The translations under genes and the position numbers were made by a program. The notes below the pieces were generated by a model, which saw only the letters and a program-made list of their open reading frames with translations, was not told where the DNA came from and did not search any database. A stretch of 63,049 nt of DNA, counting the filler, from Collodictyon triciliatum (lineage: Eukaryota), in the NCBI GenBank assembly GCA_043381765.1. It is 15 parts of 15 records of this genome, joined end to end, with 100 filler letters (N's around TTAATTAATTAA, not from the genome) between each part and the next. Parts side by side here need not be neighbours in the genome. Positions count along the whole stretch, not along the records: positions 1 to 4,118 come from JBHJMP010006485.1; positions 4,219 to 8,335 come from JBHJMP010006486.1; positions 8,436 to 12,554 come from JBHJMP010006487.1; positions 12,655 to 16,767 come from JBHJMP010006488.1; 11 more parts are not named here. One strand, 5' to 3'. Below are positions 1 to 13,702 of this stretch, in pieces; position 1 is the first letter of the stretch, and each line of letters begins with the position of its first letter.

Positions 1-75
<75 letters not shown>

Positions 76-616
76 AAAAAACAATAAACAAAAAACAAAA
101 AACAAAAACAAAAAAGCAACAAAAAAAACAAAAAAGCAACAAAAGAAACAAAAAACAATAAAAAGCAGCAAAAAACAAAACTAGAAAAACAAGAAAAACA
201 AAAAAGCAACAAAAAAAAACAAGAAAAACAAAAACAAAAACAAAAAACGAAAAAACAGAAAAAGCAACAAAAAAAACTAGAAAAACTAGAAAAACAAGAA
301 AAAAATGGGTAGGTCTCGGACACAGCAGTTTTCTGGAGTTGCAGCCTGAAACACATCACGTAAACATTATTTTATAATAATTTTTTTATTATTGTTTAAA
401 AGAAGTTATCGACGCAGGTGTTTGGTGGACTGTGTCACGGCCACAGCTTCCACAGCAGTTCCGAGGTACACGAAGCATAATTTAAGGTCTGCTCTCGGTG
501 GTGTTATGAGGGCCCGAGACATAGAATCTCTTCGATGGGTCAGTCCTGGGGGTTTGGATGAGGCTTTTCCGACCTGTGGTGGCAACAGAGTCTTTAGAGA
601 GAATGCACGATGATAT

Positions 617-3600
617 CTAACATGTAACAAAGTGTAGATCTTTCAATGCAGCGCAATAAGGAGCATTGCTCTCTGGCAAGGTTTGGAATGGCTCAAGCAA
701 AGGAATCTTACCGTAACAGAAGAACTCAACCAAGTTTCCTCGGATTCCTTTGTCATACGGGTTTATTATTTTCCCAGCTTCATTTGACATAAAGTATCGA
801 TTCTTATTGATATCCTCATTGGTGGTAAAGTTAATAGCAGCCAGTTTCAAGTGGTAAAGAAAGAGATAACCCAGCCAGACCGATATAATACCTGCGTCAT
901 TTAAAATATCCAATATGACAGTTACAGACGATATATTGCAGTTTTCGATCAAAGAAACCTCGTTCCGTGCGATTGTATGATAGATAAATGAAAGTGGGCG
1001 ATGTTTCCACAAAGGAAGGGCCACACATATCTCAACATGTTTATCGGTTTTAAAAATATTCTGATGATTCAGAATAGCCATTTTATCCCCTTATTCGATT
1101 CAAAAAACATAAAATTGTTACCAATATAGACACAACTCCAGAATGCCACAGGATTTTGAATAACCACATTCCGAAAGTTTTCGTCTGGACTATATTCATC
1201 AAGAATGGATTTCTGCATACCTTTGTAAATGTAGGAATAAATTAGAATACATCGACCGAATAGGACTCATCGCCATTTGTAAAGGGTGATTTTTAAAAGT
1301 ATGACATATTCATATGTAGAACTGTATGGTTTTTTAAAAGGTAGTCGAGTATGCATTTAAAAGTGAGCTTCAAAAAATATTTAGTTTAAGGCATAAGTTC
1401 AGACTGTGATATCCCATAATGCACCATAAGACTCCAGTGCTGAGGTGGGCCCACAGGAACAGGACGAAGTATAAATGATTGTCTTGACCCACATCAGAAT
1501 TTATCCATATACCTAATAAAAAAAATAGTCATAAAAATACATCTCCTGGATGCTCACTGGATTATTAATTAACTGTTTTTTTTTTTTAAAAAAAAAATTC
1601 TTCTATGAAGCACATAAATAATGAATGTATTTACAGTGGTGATCGAAGCGAGAGACACAAACATTACAGATACTACAATGTTTCGACCTTTTCGGTTTTT
1701 CAATCTAATATAATAATTATTATTGTGATAAGCGTTCAGTTGTAACTATAAAAACTTTACGATTCCTTTTCTTGTGAGAGATGATGGGATTATATTGTGT
1801 TATGCAAATGTTCAACGTTTAGCTCTTTAAATCATGATTCGTTACCATGCATGTATGGCAAAATTTGTCGTCTGGTATGATACCCTTCGCCGCCAAGGCC
1901 AGCAAGGGCTAGGAATAGCAAAGTCATTGTTCGTCTCGAAGTATTAACACATACACCTTATTAGGGGTAAGAAGCTGAATAAATGTTGATAATATGGATT
2001 ATTTTCGAACATTTTCTGAAGATTCAGCTTTCTTGAGATGGCCACTTCCAGCAGATAACGTTTGGTACCAAAAATAAAGGGTGGAGAAGATCAATGTGCC
2101 AAGAGTATACGTTGTCCACGGCAGTTCAAGGACACCGGCTTAATATTCAGCAGTGGTTTTTTCTCATTATCACATGCGGTTGTAAAAAAAAAAAAAAGAT
2201 TTCTTGAACAAGATGCCGAATAGTCTGATTTTCTAGAGGTCTTACCTGGGGCAATTAACGTCACAAACATCCATACGAAAGCAAAGACAGATCCGGCCCA
2301 GAATGAGACAAAGGCATGACCATCCATCATTTGGCTTCCGCCAGACGACATCAATTTTCCATGAATTGAGTTGCTCTGCTGGAGTGCGACTTCTCGACGG
2401 CAAAAAACTTGCATGCTGACAGAATATAATGCGATGAAGATAACGAACATAATACCGGGTAAAATCGATGATGCCATAAAAAACAGTGCAGGTGAAAGGA
2501 ACGCCACGAAGGTGAGACGACTAAAGGCAGGGATAAGACTCTAGAATTTCAAATTTTATTGTCTCATTAAGTCAAACGATCATTGGTATCAGATAGTAAA
2601 AATAGTGGCAAGAATCAAAGTAAATAATTACCGATCCGCTATCGTTTGTGCCCTGAAATTGGTTTATGTAGTCATGCAGCTCTATGTTGTTGTTCGCCTT
2701 TGCTACATGGGCGGCTGTAAGACCTTCCTCATCAGTCAAGTGCTTGTTTACGCCATGCTCCAGAAGGAATTTGCAAACTTGCGGATGATTTTGTTTTGCG
2801 GCCTGTATTTACAGATATCGTTTAATGCTTCTTTGCAAAATAATGCTTTTAAAGGAAGTAAAAACTCTCCGTGATTGTAATTCAAAAAATCGGTAAAAAC
2901 TAACCCAATGAAGCGCCGTCCTCTTTTGTCTATCTGTTGCATCAATATCATATATTCCTTTATCTTGAAGATATTCACATATGCGCAAATGGCCTTTGTA
3001 AGCCGCCCAGTGTAAGCAATTGTGCTCTGCTCCATCAAGAGCCTGAGAGAAAGAGTACTATTAGATCACAATTTCTCGGTGGTGAGGGCGTTTGCAAGTC
3101 GTGATGCCTAAATTATGGGAAAATGGTTCATGAAGAAAGGATTTTAAAATTGGTGAATGAGCAAGTACTTTGGGATCAGCACCATTTTCTATAAGAAAGT
3201 GGGATATCCAAAGATGGCCTCCTTGTACAGCATTGATGAGTACAGAATTTTGAAGATGGTCAGCAGCGTTTATATTGGCTCCTTTGGCAAGAAGGTAACG
3301 AAGAGCAATCATGTGTCCGGATGATGAAGCCCACATCAATGGCGTTTGCCCATTCTTATTACGGCGATCAATCTGAATTAAGAAACAAGAGTGTGTCGAT
3401 TAGGGTACTCATGTGATAAGCTGGACATATTAGAGTAAGCAAAAGATACCGGCATATATAATTCGGTCTATCTTGGATATTCGTCCAAATGAAAGAACAA
3501 GTCTTTTTTTTTTTAATTAAGCAAAGTACATATAAGATACCATGCATGGATTTGTACCTCGGAACCGGCGTTCAGGAGAAAGGAAATAACCTCGACGTTA

Positions 3601-4003
3601 TCGTGGAGACTGGCGTAATGAAGAGGGGTATTTCCATCGTGGTCAGGTTCTCCGAGTCCACCAAAGACAGCATACGCACCGATTACGCTTGGGAATGAGT
3701 TCATCATGATTGCGTGTTGCAGTGAGGCAACTGCGGATAAATAAATTAATTACAATCTACAAAAAACAAAGAAACAAAGATTACAAACAATAAAGCTTGT
3801 CATGAAGTATCAGAAATGTATGCCATGATGTGTTTATCACAAGCGCGCTTACTTCCGTTGTAGAATGGGAGGCGGACAGGGGGATGTAAGGCCGGCCGTG
3901 ATATGAGCTCGTGTCGTGTTTTGAGAACAATCGCTTCCAGTGAATCGCCACTAGAAGAATATTCGGCCGCGCGAGGTTCCATCAGGAAAGACACTTGCTC
4001 CAT
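617..4003 (-). CDS. Ankyrin-repeat DHHC palmitoyltransferase (Akr1/ZDHHC13/17-like), multi-exon
   Basis: Ankyrin exons [30 protein letters not shown] and [13 protein letters not shown] exon ~2091-2507. DHHC-CRD split over exons: KFCHTCM / [22 protein letters not shown] (~1635-1705). Last exon has TTNE and NPYDKG..GN motifs; stop at 617. The start codon is uncertain. Confidence 0.92.
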
Positions 4004-4026
4004 GAAAGGCGCTGGGTTTTATTATT

Positions 4027-4118
<92 letters not shown>

Positions 4119-4218
4119 NNNNNNNNNNNNNNNNNNNNNNNNNNNNNNNNNNNNNNNNNNNNTTAATTAATTAANNNNNNNNNNNNNNNNNNNNNNNNNN
4201 NNNNNNNNNNNNNNNNNN
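4119..4218. other. Artificial contig linker (N44-TTAATTAATTAA-N44), repeated about every 4.2 kb (also at 8336, 12555, 16768, 20980, 25192, 29404, 33614, 37824, 42034, 46241, 50444, 54645, 58849)
   Basis: Identical 100-bp spacer with stops in all six frames. Contig lengths fall from ~4118 to ~4101 bp, consistent with size-sorted concatenation. Confidence 0.97.
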
Positions 4219-5819
4219 GTGCGATGGAAAAGCGTTTTGTTTCGTGTCCAGAGTCTTGAGCTTTGTCAATGCTCGCAAATCAGGCAAAGTGGATATCTGT
4301 TAATTGAAGGGAGGGTTTTTGTTCCTTAATATCGACAGCTGGTGCATGAAACTCCAAGCAAATCAATGGCATGTAGTTTGTGGTTTATGAATCAGTCATA
4401 AATCATTCTGTCTGAATCAAGCACTAATATTCGTACCTTGTTGTTGCTGATGATGAGATTTGTGAGATTCATCAAGTTCGATATGTTTGCTGGCAGTGTG
4501 GATATCTATTTATTTATTAATTAAACAAGGCTTGATTGCAATCAAATGACTAATCAAATGTATCAATGAAGTATAGGAATGTTTTTTTTTAAAAAAAAAA
4601 AGGTTTAATCACTTGGTTGGTTGATATATCGAGTGATGCAACGAGCGTCAATGTGCATATGGCTGCAGACAATGTGTCGAACTTTGGTGTGAGTATTTGT
4701 CAGAACACTTTCTTTATGATAGACTGGGATGTATGTTTATATACTCTTGTTTTTTTTTTTCCTTTATTCGATTGTTTATATACTCTTGTTAATTCAAGTA
4801 TTCGTACCCTGTTGTTGCTGATGCTGAGATTTGTGAGATTCGTCAAGTTCGATATGTTTGCTGGCAGTGTGGATATCTATTTATTTATTAATTAAAGAGG
4901 GATTAATTACAATCAAATTACTAATAAAATGAATTAACCATTATATGAGTGATGCAAAATTAACCTATCGTTGGAAGTATCGATTATCGCCACGCGGCCG
5001 CCATGCAGAATGGTAATTAGTGCCAAATCATAAGGAATTTGTTGTTTATCAATTATTGAGATTTATGCTTTTTACAGCGATTGATTCACATACCTTGTTC
5101 TGGCTGACGTCGATGGACCTCAGATTCACCAGGAGGGAGATGTTGGCTGGAAGCACGGAGATGTTTCTTCCCGTGAAATTCAGCGAGTGGAGCTGGATAT
5201 ATGCCTCGCTTGGTGTCCACCCCAGCTTTAGAATTTCGTCTTCCTGTTTTTGTTTTATGTTTTAGGATACTTTTCTTTGTTATTTTTTTTTTATCTTTAT
5301 GTGTTTACGGGGTCGTAGAGCTGCAGCGCGCGGATGTGTTCGTAGTTCGCGTTTGATGTGTTGTTCCACACTGGAAGGGCTGTGATGCCACGCGGCGCTC
5401 TCTTTATGGTCTTTGTGCCCATATGTTTGATCCAGAGCTCCTTCAGATTTGTGAGCGCTGTAAATTGTGGTGGAAGCTCCTCCATCTGCATGTTTCGTTG
5501 TCAGCCACTTTATCTTTTCAGCATAAATAAAGATAGTAATAATAAATGAATAAAAACATACCGGGTTGTTCCAAATACCAAGAAATGTGAGACCAGTCAA
5601 ACACGATATTTGTGCAGGTAGTGATAACAACTTGTTGTTACTAAGGTCCAAGCCTTCCAGACCAGTCAACAAGAAAACGCCACGCGGAACGGAAGTTAAG
5701 CTTTTCCATCCTAAAGCTAGACTCTGGGATCTTTTTAAAGAGGCGATGTCGTATTTCCCGGCGATCTTTCGGACCTCTTCTAAAAGGGCGGCATCCTCAG
5801 CAGACAAAGTGCTTCCCAT
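4219..5819 (-). CDS. Leucine-rich repeat protein with putative N-myristoylation, 3' end truncated by contig end
   Basis: MGSTLS start. LRRs LTGLEGLDLSNNKLLSLP and LVNLRSIDVSQNK. Phase-0 GT-AG exons at 5243-5094, 4876-4808, 4681-4613, 4505-4437 and 4296-gap. Confidence 0.9.
4752..4772 (-). mobile_element. Ultra-truncated retroposed copy (3' end plus A-tail) of the ~120-bp SINE-like family
   Basis: 21-bp insert T9-CCTTTATTCGAT flanked by a perfect 18-bp direct repeat TGTTTATATACTCTTGTT (4734-4751 and 4773-4790). The insert matches the end of the element at 34813-34939. Confidence 0.7.
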
Positions 5820-6595
5820 GAGTCTGGACGGATTCTGGTGGCTGTGTAGATGAGTGGACTGGGTTGTGTTAGTGCACAGCGGTGTTTATTTGTTTTGCGA
5901 CTGCACTTGACAGGTCACACAGACTGACGTTGCTCGAGTGGGAGCAGTGCGGTTGTGCACACAGAGAATATAACGCGCATTGCGAATGAGTGGTGTGATA
6001 AGGCGGCGAGAAAGAAAGAGCGCAGGGCAGCAGCGATTTCGACGGGACGTAGGTTAAACGTCCCACTATGGCCATCATATTTTCCATCTGAATAAATATG
6101 CGGCCATCTCAATATATAGTGGGCGGATTGGGCTGTGTGTCGCTCGTGTGCGGTATGTGGCTCGTGTCGTGATTGGGAAGGCAGAACATTCTCGAATGCT
6201 CCAGGTGAGATATCACCCGATGATGCACGATGTGTATTCCTGCTGCAAAAATTCGGAAAATTTATGACACAGTATTCGACATGCACCACAAAATTCGTAT
6301 ATGCTGTAAATTCCACAGATTGAAAAATGTATGGTGATAATTATACGGAGTGTAAATTACCTCCTTCCCTTTTTGGATGCTAAATTTGCTCCTTCATGCC
6401 ATTAATGTCCATGTTTATTTCTGTTTTTTTTTCATGCTGTGAGGGTGTTACGAGGCTTGTATAAGTGAGTGAGTGAACCTTTCATCTTTGCCGCAGCGAG
6501 TTCGTATTCTTCCTTGTGGACATGTGTGAAGCAGACTTGGTCGTATTCCGGCATAGTGGAGAGCCTTTGCGGGTTCTTTTGCGTGTGAAGCAGAC

Positions 6596-7660
6596 TTTTT
6601 TTTATTCTTCCTTTCAATTTTGTGTAGGATAGTTGAGATGTTGGCTTTTGTTCGCTAGTCCTATTTTGCATGGACGCTAATTGATGGCCGAATGGCGGAG
6701 AAGTAGTCAGTAATCAGGAATTGCATCCTGCGGTTTGGCCTGTAGCCTGGGTCTTGTGCTTGCATGAGAGATACAAGGCGAGGTTGAATATCTCTTTCTC
6801 AGCCTCCTTCCACATGTCTCTTCTCACAGGGTCTGAGTAGTAGAGAACGTGCAGGTGGCGAAGGAAGCTGTTGAGGAAAGAGATTTGTATGATATCATCC
6901 AGCATGTTATCAGGAACGGGTGGCTGGTTGTTGAGTCTTGCTTTTCGTGAGTATATGCGCGCTATCCACATAGTCCATAGCAAATGGCCTCGCGTCACTG
7001 CCCAGAATGTTTTTGCATCTGGACGAAGCTGTTGCAGAGGCCCAAATATCGCCTGGATTGGGCCAACAGCTGCAGCCGTCTTGAGTGTCAGCCGAAGAAT
7101 CTCACCGGCTGCTTCGCGCAGGTTTTGAGCGAAGGGACATTGCACAAATGTGTGCTCAATGGATTCATCACGGTTGGTGTCAAGTGTACATTGTTGGGAG
7201 ACTTTGCCAGCTTTTGCCGCACGTGTGTGCCTATCCATAGCTCACTATTGGTGATATTAAGCATTGGAGAGCGGTGATTTGGAAGGGCTTGTGGGGTTCG
7301 TGCTTGTCTCCAGCTCGCGGTGAGCGGGGTGTGGACGATGCCCAGTGTTTCTCCCCACCGTTGATGTTTTGACTTTTTGTAGGGTGGCGGCGGCGATATT
7401 TTGTATCGATTTTTTCACTCCACAGACACAACCCCAGCTTCATTCGCCCCGAACAACAAAGGGGAATGGCACTCACGTTATATTACATCACACAGAGCTC
7501 CGTTTTTTTGTTTCGTTTCGATTGAACAACCAAATCCTGTCAGACACACTTGACCCTCCGCAATTCTCGATGGCCAAGACTTGATCAAATGGCTCTTCAG
7601 CACACAAGCAATATTTAAACCAGTGGAGTCGCCTACCTGACCAGCTCGCTATCACTGACT
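6596..7660 (-). mobile_element. 5'-truncated non-LTR retrotransposon (L1/Tx1-like) 3' part, family A copy 1
   Basis: zf-RVT-like CTLDTNRDESIEHTFVQCPFA, followed by LLWTMWIAR. Frameshifted upstream part. 3' UTR ends in an A-tract at ~6596-6603. The 5' limit is approximate. Confidence 0.85.
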
Positions 7661-8435
7661 TCTTTCGGTCTGTGGCATCTTAATAACAATTTCTTTTACC
7701 TGCATCTGTTTTCTATGACACACTCTTTTCTCATTATTTTAATGAATGAATCTTGTGAAGTATGCGATGAATAAAAATAAAAATATGTGTATGCAACAGA
7801 ATATTGAAATTATAGTTTAACTCTTTAACGATGTATTTGTAATCTACATTCACGTCCTATTAATCATAAATATATCTTGCCCATTATCTGTCATTCATAC
7901 TCTACAATCCATAACTCTTCGATACCAGGTAAGACAGAAGGTGCCACCAGCTTAGCTTGCCCTTAAACTATTCATTTCACTTCTTACTTCATTATAATGT
8001 AAACCTATAATCTGACACAGTACAAAACGAACTGTCGAAAATGACATATCAAGCCAGCTTAGATGTAGAGATATAGAAGGAATAAAACTACTTCTAAGAT
8101 GCAAACCGTCTAAATTTTTTTGAGTAGACCATATTTTTAATTTCAACTGATAATGATTAAATGCATAAGACCCTCTTTCACTGAAACAAACATAGCTTAA
8201 ACATTTCAAGTAAGACTTCGCTATTTAGAAAATATTGCAAAGTTCAAGATTGTTTATTGTCAGTAGACTCACATTTCCTTGAAGACCGTTTAGTTAAGTC
8301 CAGAGCGAGAGGTTAAAACACTTTGAATCACATCGNNNNNNNNNNNNNNNNNNNNNNNNNNNNNNNNNNNNNNNNNNNNTTAATTAATTAANNNNNNNNN
8401 NNNNNNNNNNNNNNNNNNNNNNNNNNNNNNNNNNN

Positions 8436-8882
8436 CTCTTTCCACATGTCTCTTCTCACAGGGTCTGAGTAGTAGAGAACGTGCAGGTGGCGAAGAAAGC
8501 TATTGAGGAAAGAGATTTGTATGATGTCATTCAGCCTGTTATCAGGAATGGGTGGTTGGTTGTTTAGTCTTGCTTTGTGTGAGTATATGCGTGCTATCCA
8601 CATAGTCCATAGCAAATAGCCTCGCGTCACTGCCCAGAATGTTTTTGCATCTGGACGCAGCTGTTGTAGAGGCCAAATATCGCCTGGATTGGGCCAACAG
8701 CCGCAGCCGTCTTGAGTGTCAGTCGAAGAATCTCACCGGCTGTTTCGTGCAGGTTTTGAGCGAAGGGACATTGCACAAATGTGTGCTCAATGTATTCATC
8801 ACCGTTGCTGCAAAAGTGTGCATTGTTGGGAGACATTGACAGCTTTTGCCGCACGTGTGCCTATCCATAGCTCCCTATTAAT
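8436..8882 (-). mobile_element. Non-LTR family A copy 2 (frameshifted, cut by contig end)
   Basis: Highly similar to 6810-7250: EHTFVQCPFAQNL and SFLRHLHVLYYSDPVRRDMWKE. Confidence 0.88.
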
Positions 8883-9922
8883 GAGATGACATAAAGCAGC
8901 CGAAAACACTGCCAAAACAAAATAAATACAAACCATACCATAACTAAAAAAAAAAAGCAAATGATTCACTCTGTGTGATATCGACCATATAATATTTTGT
9001 TTTCTCTTATGACTGCGGCATGTGATAAAAAAAATGAACGAGTATGGGTCGTATGTTATGCCATCTCGCCTAGTAGTTTATATCCAAAACAACATTATGT
9101 CTTATGGTATATGTCCGGTGATAGGTAGCATTCAGGGGCGTCCATTCAGTCGCATGCTCCATCAAGATAGATTGAACACAGTTATGTTATATTCATAAAT
9201 CTAAAGCTTCTGGAAACACATACCATTTTTTTTACTTCCTAATTCTTTGCATTATAAATCTTTGTGTGCAAAGCGACTGGGCAAATAAAAATAAAACAAA
9301 AAATAAGAATATTTGACTCTGCTTTTGCTTTACTCCCCCCAAAAACACGTCTGATATGCTTCGCTTCTTCGCTAATCACTTGTATTTCTTTTTTACTCTT
9401 GTTTTTAGGTCATAGAGCTCATATTTGTTTGACGCTATAATCCGCCCATTTGTCTACCAATATATATTAATACACGATTTCATTTGGTGTTTTTCTACAG
9501 TATTATATCGAGAAAGTAAATCCGTAGAGACCGTTTTTACTTGCGGGCGCATAACCTTACACAGGCTAATTTTGAAGGATTTCATTATGTTTTTATTTTG
9601 ATTTATGCAGATGTTTCAGTTTATAATGACGAATAGCTTAATAACTAAATATTGTTTTCAATATGTATAGACACAGTCACATGAAAATTTTTAATAGACA
9701 GCCAACTGATATGACTTTTTGGAGGGTGCTTACTGTATGGATAGGTTGGTTTCTTCGTATCGAGGATTTTATAGATGTATAATCTGATTTACCTTTTTAA
9801 TACCCATTCGGACTTGAATACTGTATATAAGCAACATGTTACAACCAACATATCGATATACTTTTTCATGACAAAAATTAATCAAGTACAATCAAGAATT
9901 AAAAAATTCTCGTAATAAATCA
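8436..9922. repeat. ~1.5-kb segment duplicated (as reverse complement) at 12655-14148
   Basis: 9880-9922 is the reverse complement of 12655-12700. Similarity continues with scattered substitutions and indels through the LINE fragment. Confidence 0.9.
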
Positions 9923-12900
9923 ATTTGAACAGGATACTGCCAATACTGTCGGTAACTCTTTTATAATTATGAAATAAATATTTGATTGGTTTCATTAGCA
10001 TGCATACGATAAAGAATGCAAACAGTGCAAGACTATCTTACATCTATGAGATATTAGTTGTAAATTGATCATTCAGGTTATGGAGCAAGATTAATACATT
10101 ATGAAACAAATAAAACAGCATACAATTTTAATATATTCATACAAAATATTTTTAATTATATGCCATGGCTAGTGTATTGTTGGCTTTTTTTATGTAATCA
10201 TCATACGCTGAATTATCAGAATACAGTCCCTATAAGACTGGAATATCGATTCTGTTGTTCACTTAAAAATTATTAATAAATCAATAATTCACGAGGCACG
10301 CTAACTGTGACGTTGACCACGAAGTCCAGACCACAGCGTAAAGGCTTGACTTTGTAAATTATTATTTTCTCTCTTTTTAAATTTGTGTAACACTCGATTG
10401 TTTGACCTGACATAGTAATGTATTTTTTAAATGCATTAAATAATCATACACATAATCGATATGATTATTGTGATGCCAGAAAACTGATATAAAAGCAAAA
10501 GAACATTGGTAGTTATGAGACCATGAAGAGAAACAAAGTCGACATAAAAACCCAAGAGAGCTGTGTTACTGTCATATGATATTTCTTGGGACACGAATAT
10601 TACAAATAAATCGAAGAAATCAAAAGCATATGAAACCCATCTCATAAAGTACAAGCGTATATATATAAATAGAATGATAAAACTTTAGATATAGTTATCC
10701 TAACAAATAACAACTGTAAAAAAAACAAATAAAAAATGGGAATTCACCAAAACATCATCGCAAATGAAATACCTTGCACACGACAAAAAACCATAAACAA
10801 ATTACTTCTTAAACTTCCAGAATATCTTTCTGGTATAATTGCTAATAATTGTAAGATTGTACCAACCACAACATAACCAAATATAAGAAAAATCCCTGTG
10901 TTTTTTTTGTTTTACCTTTCAATCCCTTGCTCAACCGCACCACTTATTGTTGTTATATATCATAGTCTTTATTTAAATGACACTCGCGTTGAAGAATATA
11001 ATAACCGTCTGACATATACAGGTAATAAAAATCCTTGAAATCGTTTTTAAGGTAACTGTTTTGTGAGTACTTTTATCAACCTGACAATATCATCCGCCCT
11101 TCTGTCAGTCTCGAACACAATATGAACCCGTGTTGGATTTTTTTATTCATGACAGAATAAGATGTTGGCGCCCGTGCCTAAAATCTTAAAAACGTGTTTG
11201 ATTTTACCCACTTCAGGAAGAAAAGTCTGTGTGTAAAAACACTTAGCTATCTTCCTATTTCACCACCCAGTTTATCTTTTCTTACATTCATATTCACCTC
11301 TTTCTATCTATCTTTTATTTTTTATAAACAAAAAATCCAACATCATAAAATTCAAGTTTTCCACTTTCTCATCCGTATCTCGTTTTTGTCCTAGAGGTGA
11401 AGGCAGCACCTCGACTTTGTTTTCTATTAGTAAATAGTTGAAATGAAACCAAGGAAAAATAAAAAAACTTCTACCTTGAATCAATTAAAAGCAACATAAC
11501 TCATATATACAAAAACACAAAAACATCGTCATCTAAATTTTTGTATCTATTATAAAATATGTTTGGCAAATTATAAAAAACCTTCAACGGATCACCACAA
11601 GCTTATCGATTTGCTTGCACATTTGTAAGGAATATATCGAAAACACTTGCTATTTTTCGCTGAAATATCTCAAAAATTGTTTTTATAAGGGAGCAGAGAG
11701 CAATTACTGATGTTCACAATATTGCCACCTTTCTTGAGTGTGTATTTCTGTTTCTTAAAAACAAAGAACCTGAAACTGTTCCTTTCAATGCCTTTCTTAT
11801 TCGAATATTTGTTTTGATAAAATTATTCTTTAAATTATTCTTGTTTGATACCACCATAAATACTTTTCTTGACCAGTTTTACTTCTCTTCGTGTTTATGC
11901 AAATCCAGTAAGTTTAAGTCAGTTTTAAATTTTCACTTTTTTATTATTTGTGCATATATGATTTTTTACATATTTTTTTGTTTGTTTTCGCTTCAGTAGC
12001 TAACAAGTATGTGAACAGATGGAAGAGCCGCATGTGGAGTCGCATCACTCACAAATGTGCTAGTGATGTGTATAACTAGAGACCTCATAAGCAGAATAAG
12101 GACAGTGTCATGCGAAATTACTCAACATTATCTACTGCAACAACAGGTATAAATATCGCCTATGCTTACACGCTCTGAAGCTTTATGAACACGTTTGCTA
12201 AAAATCTTTCAATACATTCATATAAAAACAACTTAATATTATACAAAAAAAATATTACATTAATAGTTGAACAACACTGCCGGTGCCTTACAAGCTCAAA
12301 GAAAGTTGTAAAGTTCAACAAGGCCACGAAAAGCCTGCATCTTGAAGAAATTACAATAAAATATATTTCATAAAAAAGTATATAGATTATCATATTGAGA
12401 GCAAGTGGCACACGCGCAAGAGTAGAATACTGTCCACACAGGTTGTGTAAATTATGATTTCTTACATATAATTTAATAATAAAAATAGCAAAATCTTCCA
12501 GGAACACAATATATGCAAACAAAATCAACAAACCTTACAATATTTTTGCATAGGNNNNNNNNNNNNNNNNNNNNNNNNNNNNNNNNNNNNNNNNNNNNTT
12601 AATTAATTAANNNNNNNNNNNNNNNNNNNNNNNNNNNNNNNNNNNNNNNNNNNNTGATTTATTACGAGAATTTTTTTAATTTTTTGATTGTATTTGATTA
12701 ATTTTTGTCATTAAAAGGTATATCGATATGTTGATTGTAACATGTTGCTTATATACAGTATTCAAGTCCGAATGGGTATTGAAAAGGTAAATCAGATTAT
12801 ACATCTATAAAATCCTCGATACGAAGAAACCAACCTATCCATACAGTAAGCACCCTCCAAAAAGTCATATAAGTTGGCTGCCTATTAAAAATTTTCATGT

Positions 12901-13702
12901 GACTGTGTCTATACATATTGAACACAATATTTAGTTATTAAACTATTCGTCATTATAAACTGAAGCATCTGCATTAATCAAAATAAAAACTAAAAAAAAT
13001 CCTTCAAAATTTGCCTGTGTTAAGTTATGCGCCCGCAGGTAAAAACGTTTTCCACGGATTTGCTTTCACGACATAACACTGTAGAAAAAAACACCAAATA
13101 AAATCGCGCGTTAATATATATTGGTAGACAAAAGGGCATATTATAGCGTCAAAAAAGTATGAGCTCTATGACCTAAAAACAAGAGTAAAAAAGAAATACA
13201 AGTGATTAGCGAAGAAGCGAAGCATATCAGACGTGTTTTTTTGTTGGATTGTAAAGCAAAAGCAGAGTCAATTTCTTATTTTTTGCTTTATTGTTATTTG
13301 CCCAGTCGCGTTACTTACAAAGATTTATGAAACAAAAAAGTAGAAAGTAAAAAAATGGTATGTGTTTCCAGAAGCTTTAGATTTATGAAAATAACAGAAC
13401 TGTGTTCAATCCGTCTTGATGGAGCACACGACTGAATGGACGCCACTGAATGCTATCTATCACTGGACACAAAACATAAGACATATTGTTGTTTTGGATA
13501 TACACTACTAGGCGAGATGGCATAACATACGACCCATGCTCGTTCATTATTTTTTTTCACATGCCGCAGTCAAACGATAACACAAAATATTTTATGGTCG
13601 ATATCATACAGAGTGAATTATTTTCTTTCTTTTATTTTTTATTATCATATGGTTTGCATTAATTTTGTTTTGGCAGTGTTTTTGGCTGCTTTATGCCATC
13701 TC

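Noticed and set aside
11165-11178. TGGCGCCC resembling a tRNA primer-binding site
   Set aside because: No LTR, gag or pol evidence nearby.
11840-11890. Minus-strand KKSIYGG resembling a protein-primed PolB motif
   Set aside because: Isolated short match surrounded by stops, with no other polymerase motifs.
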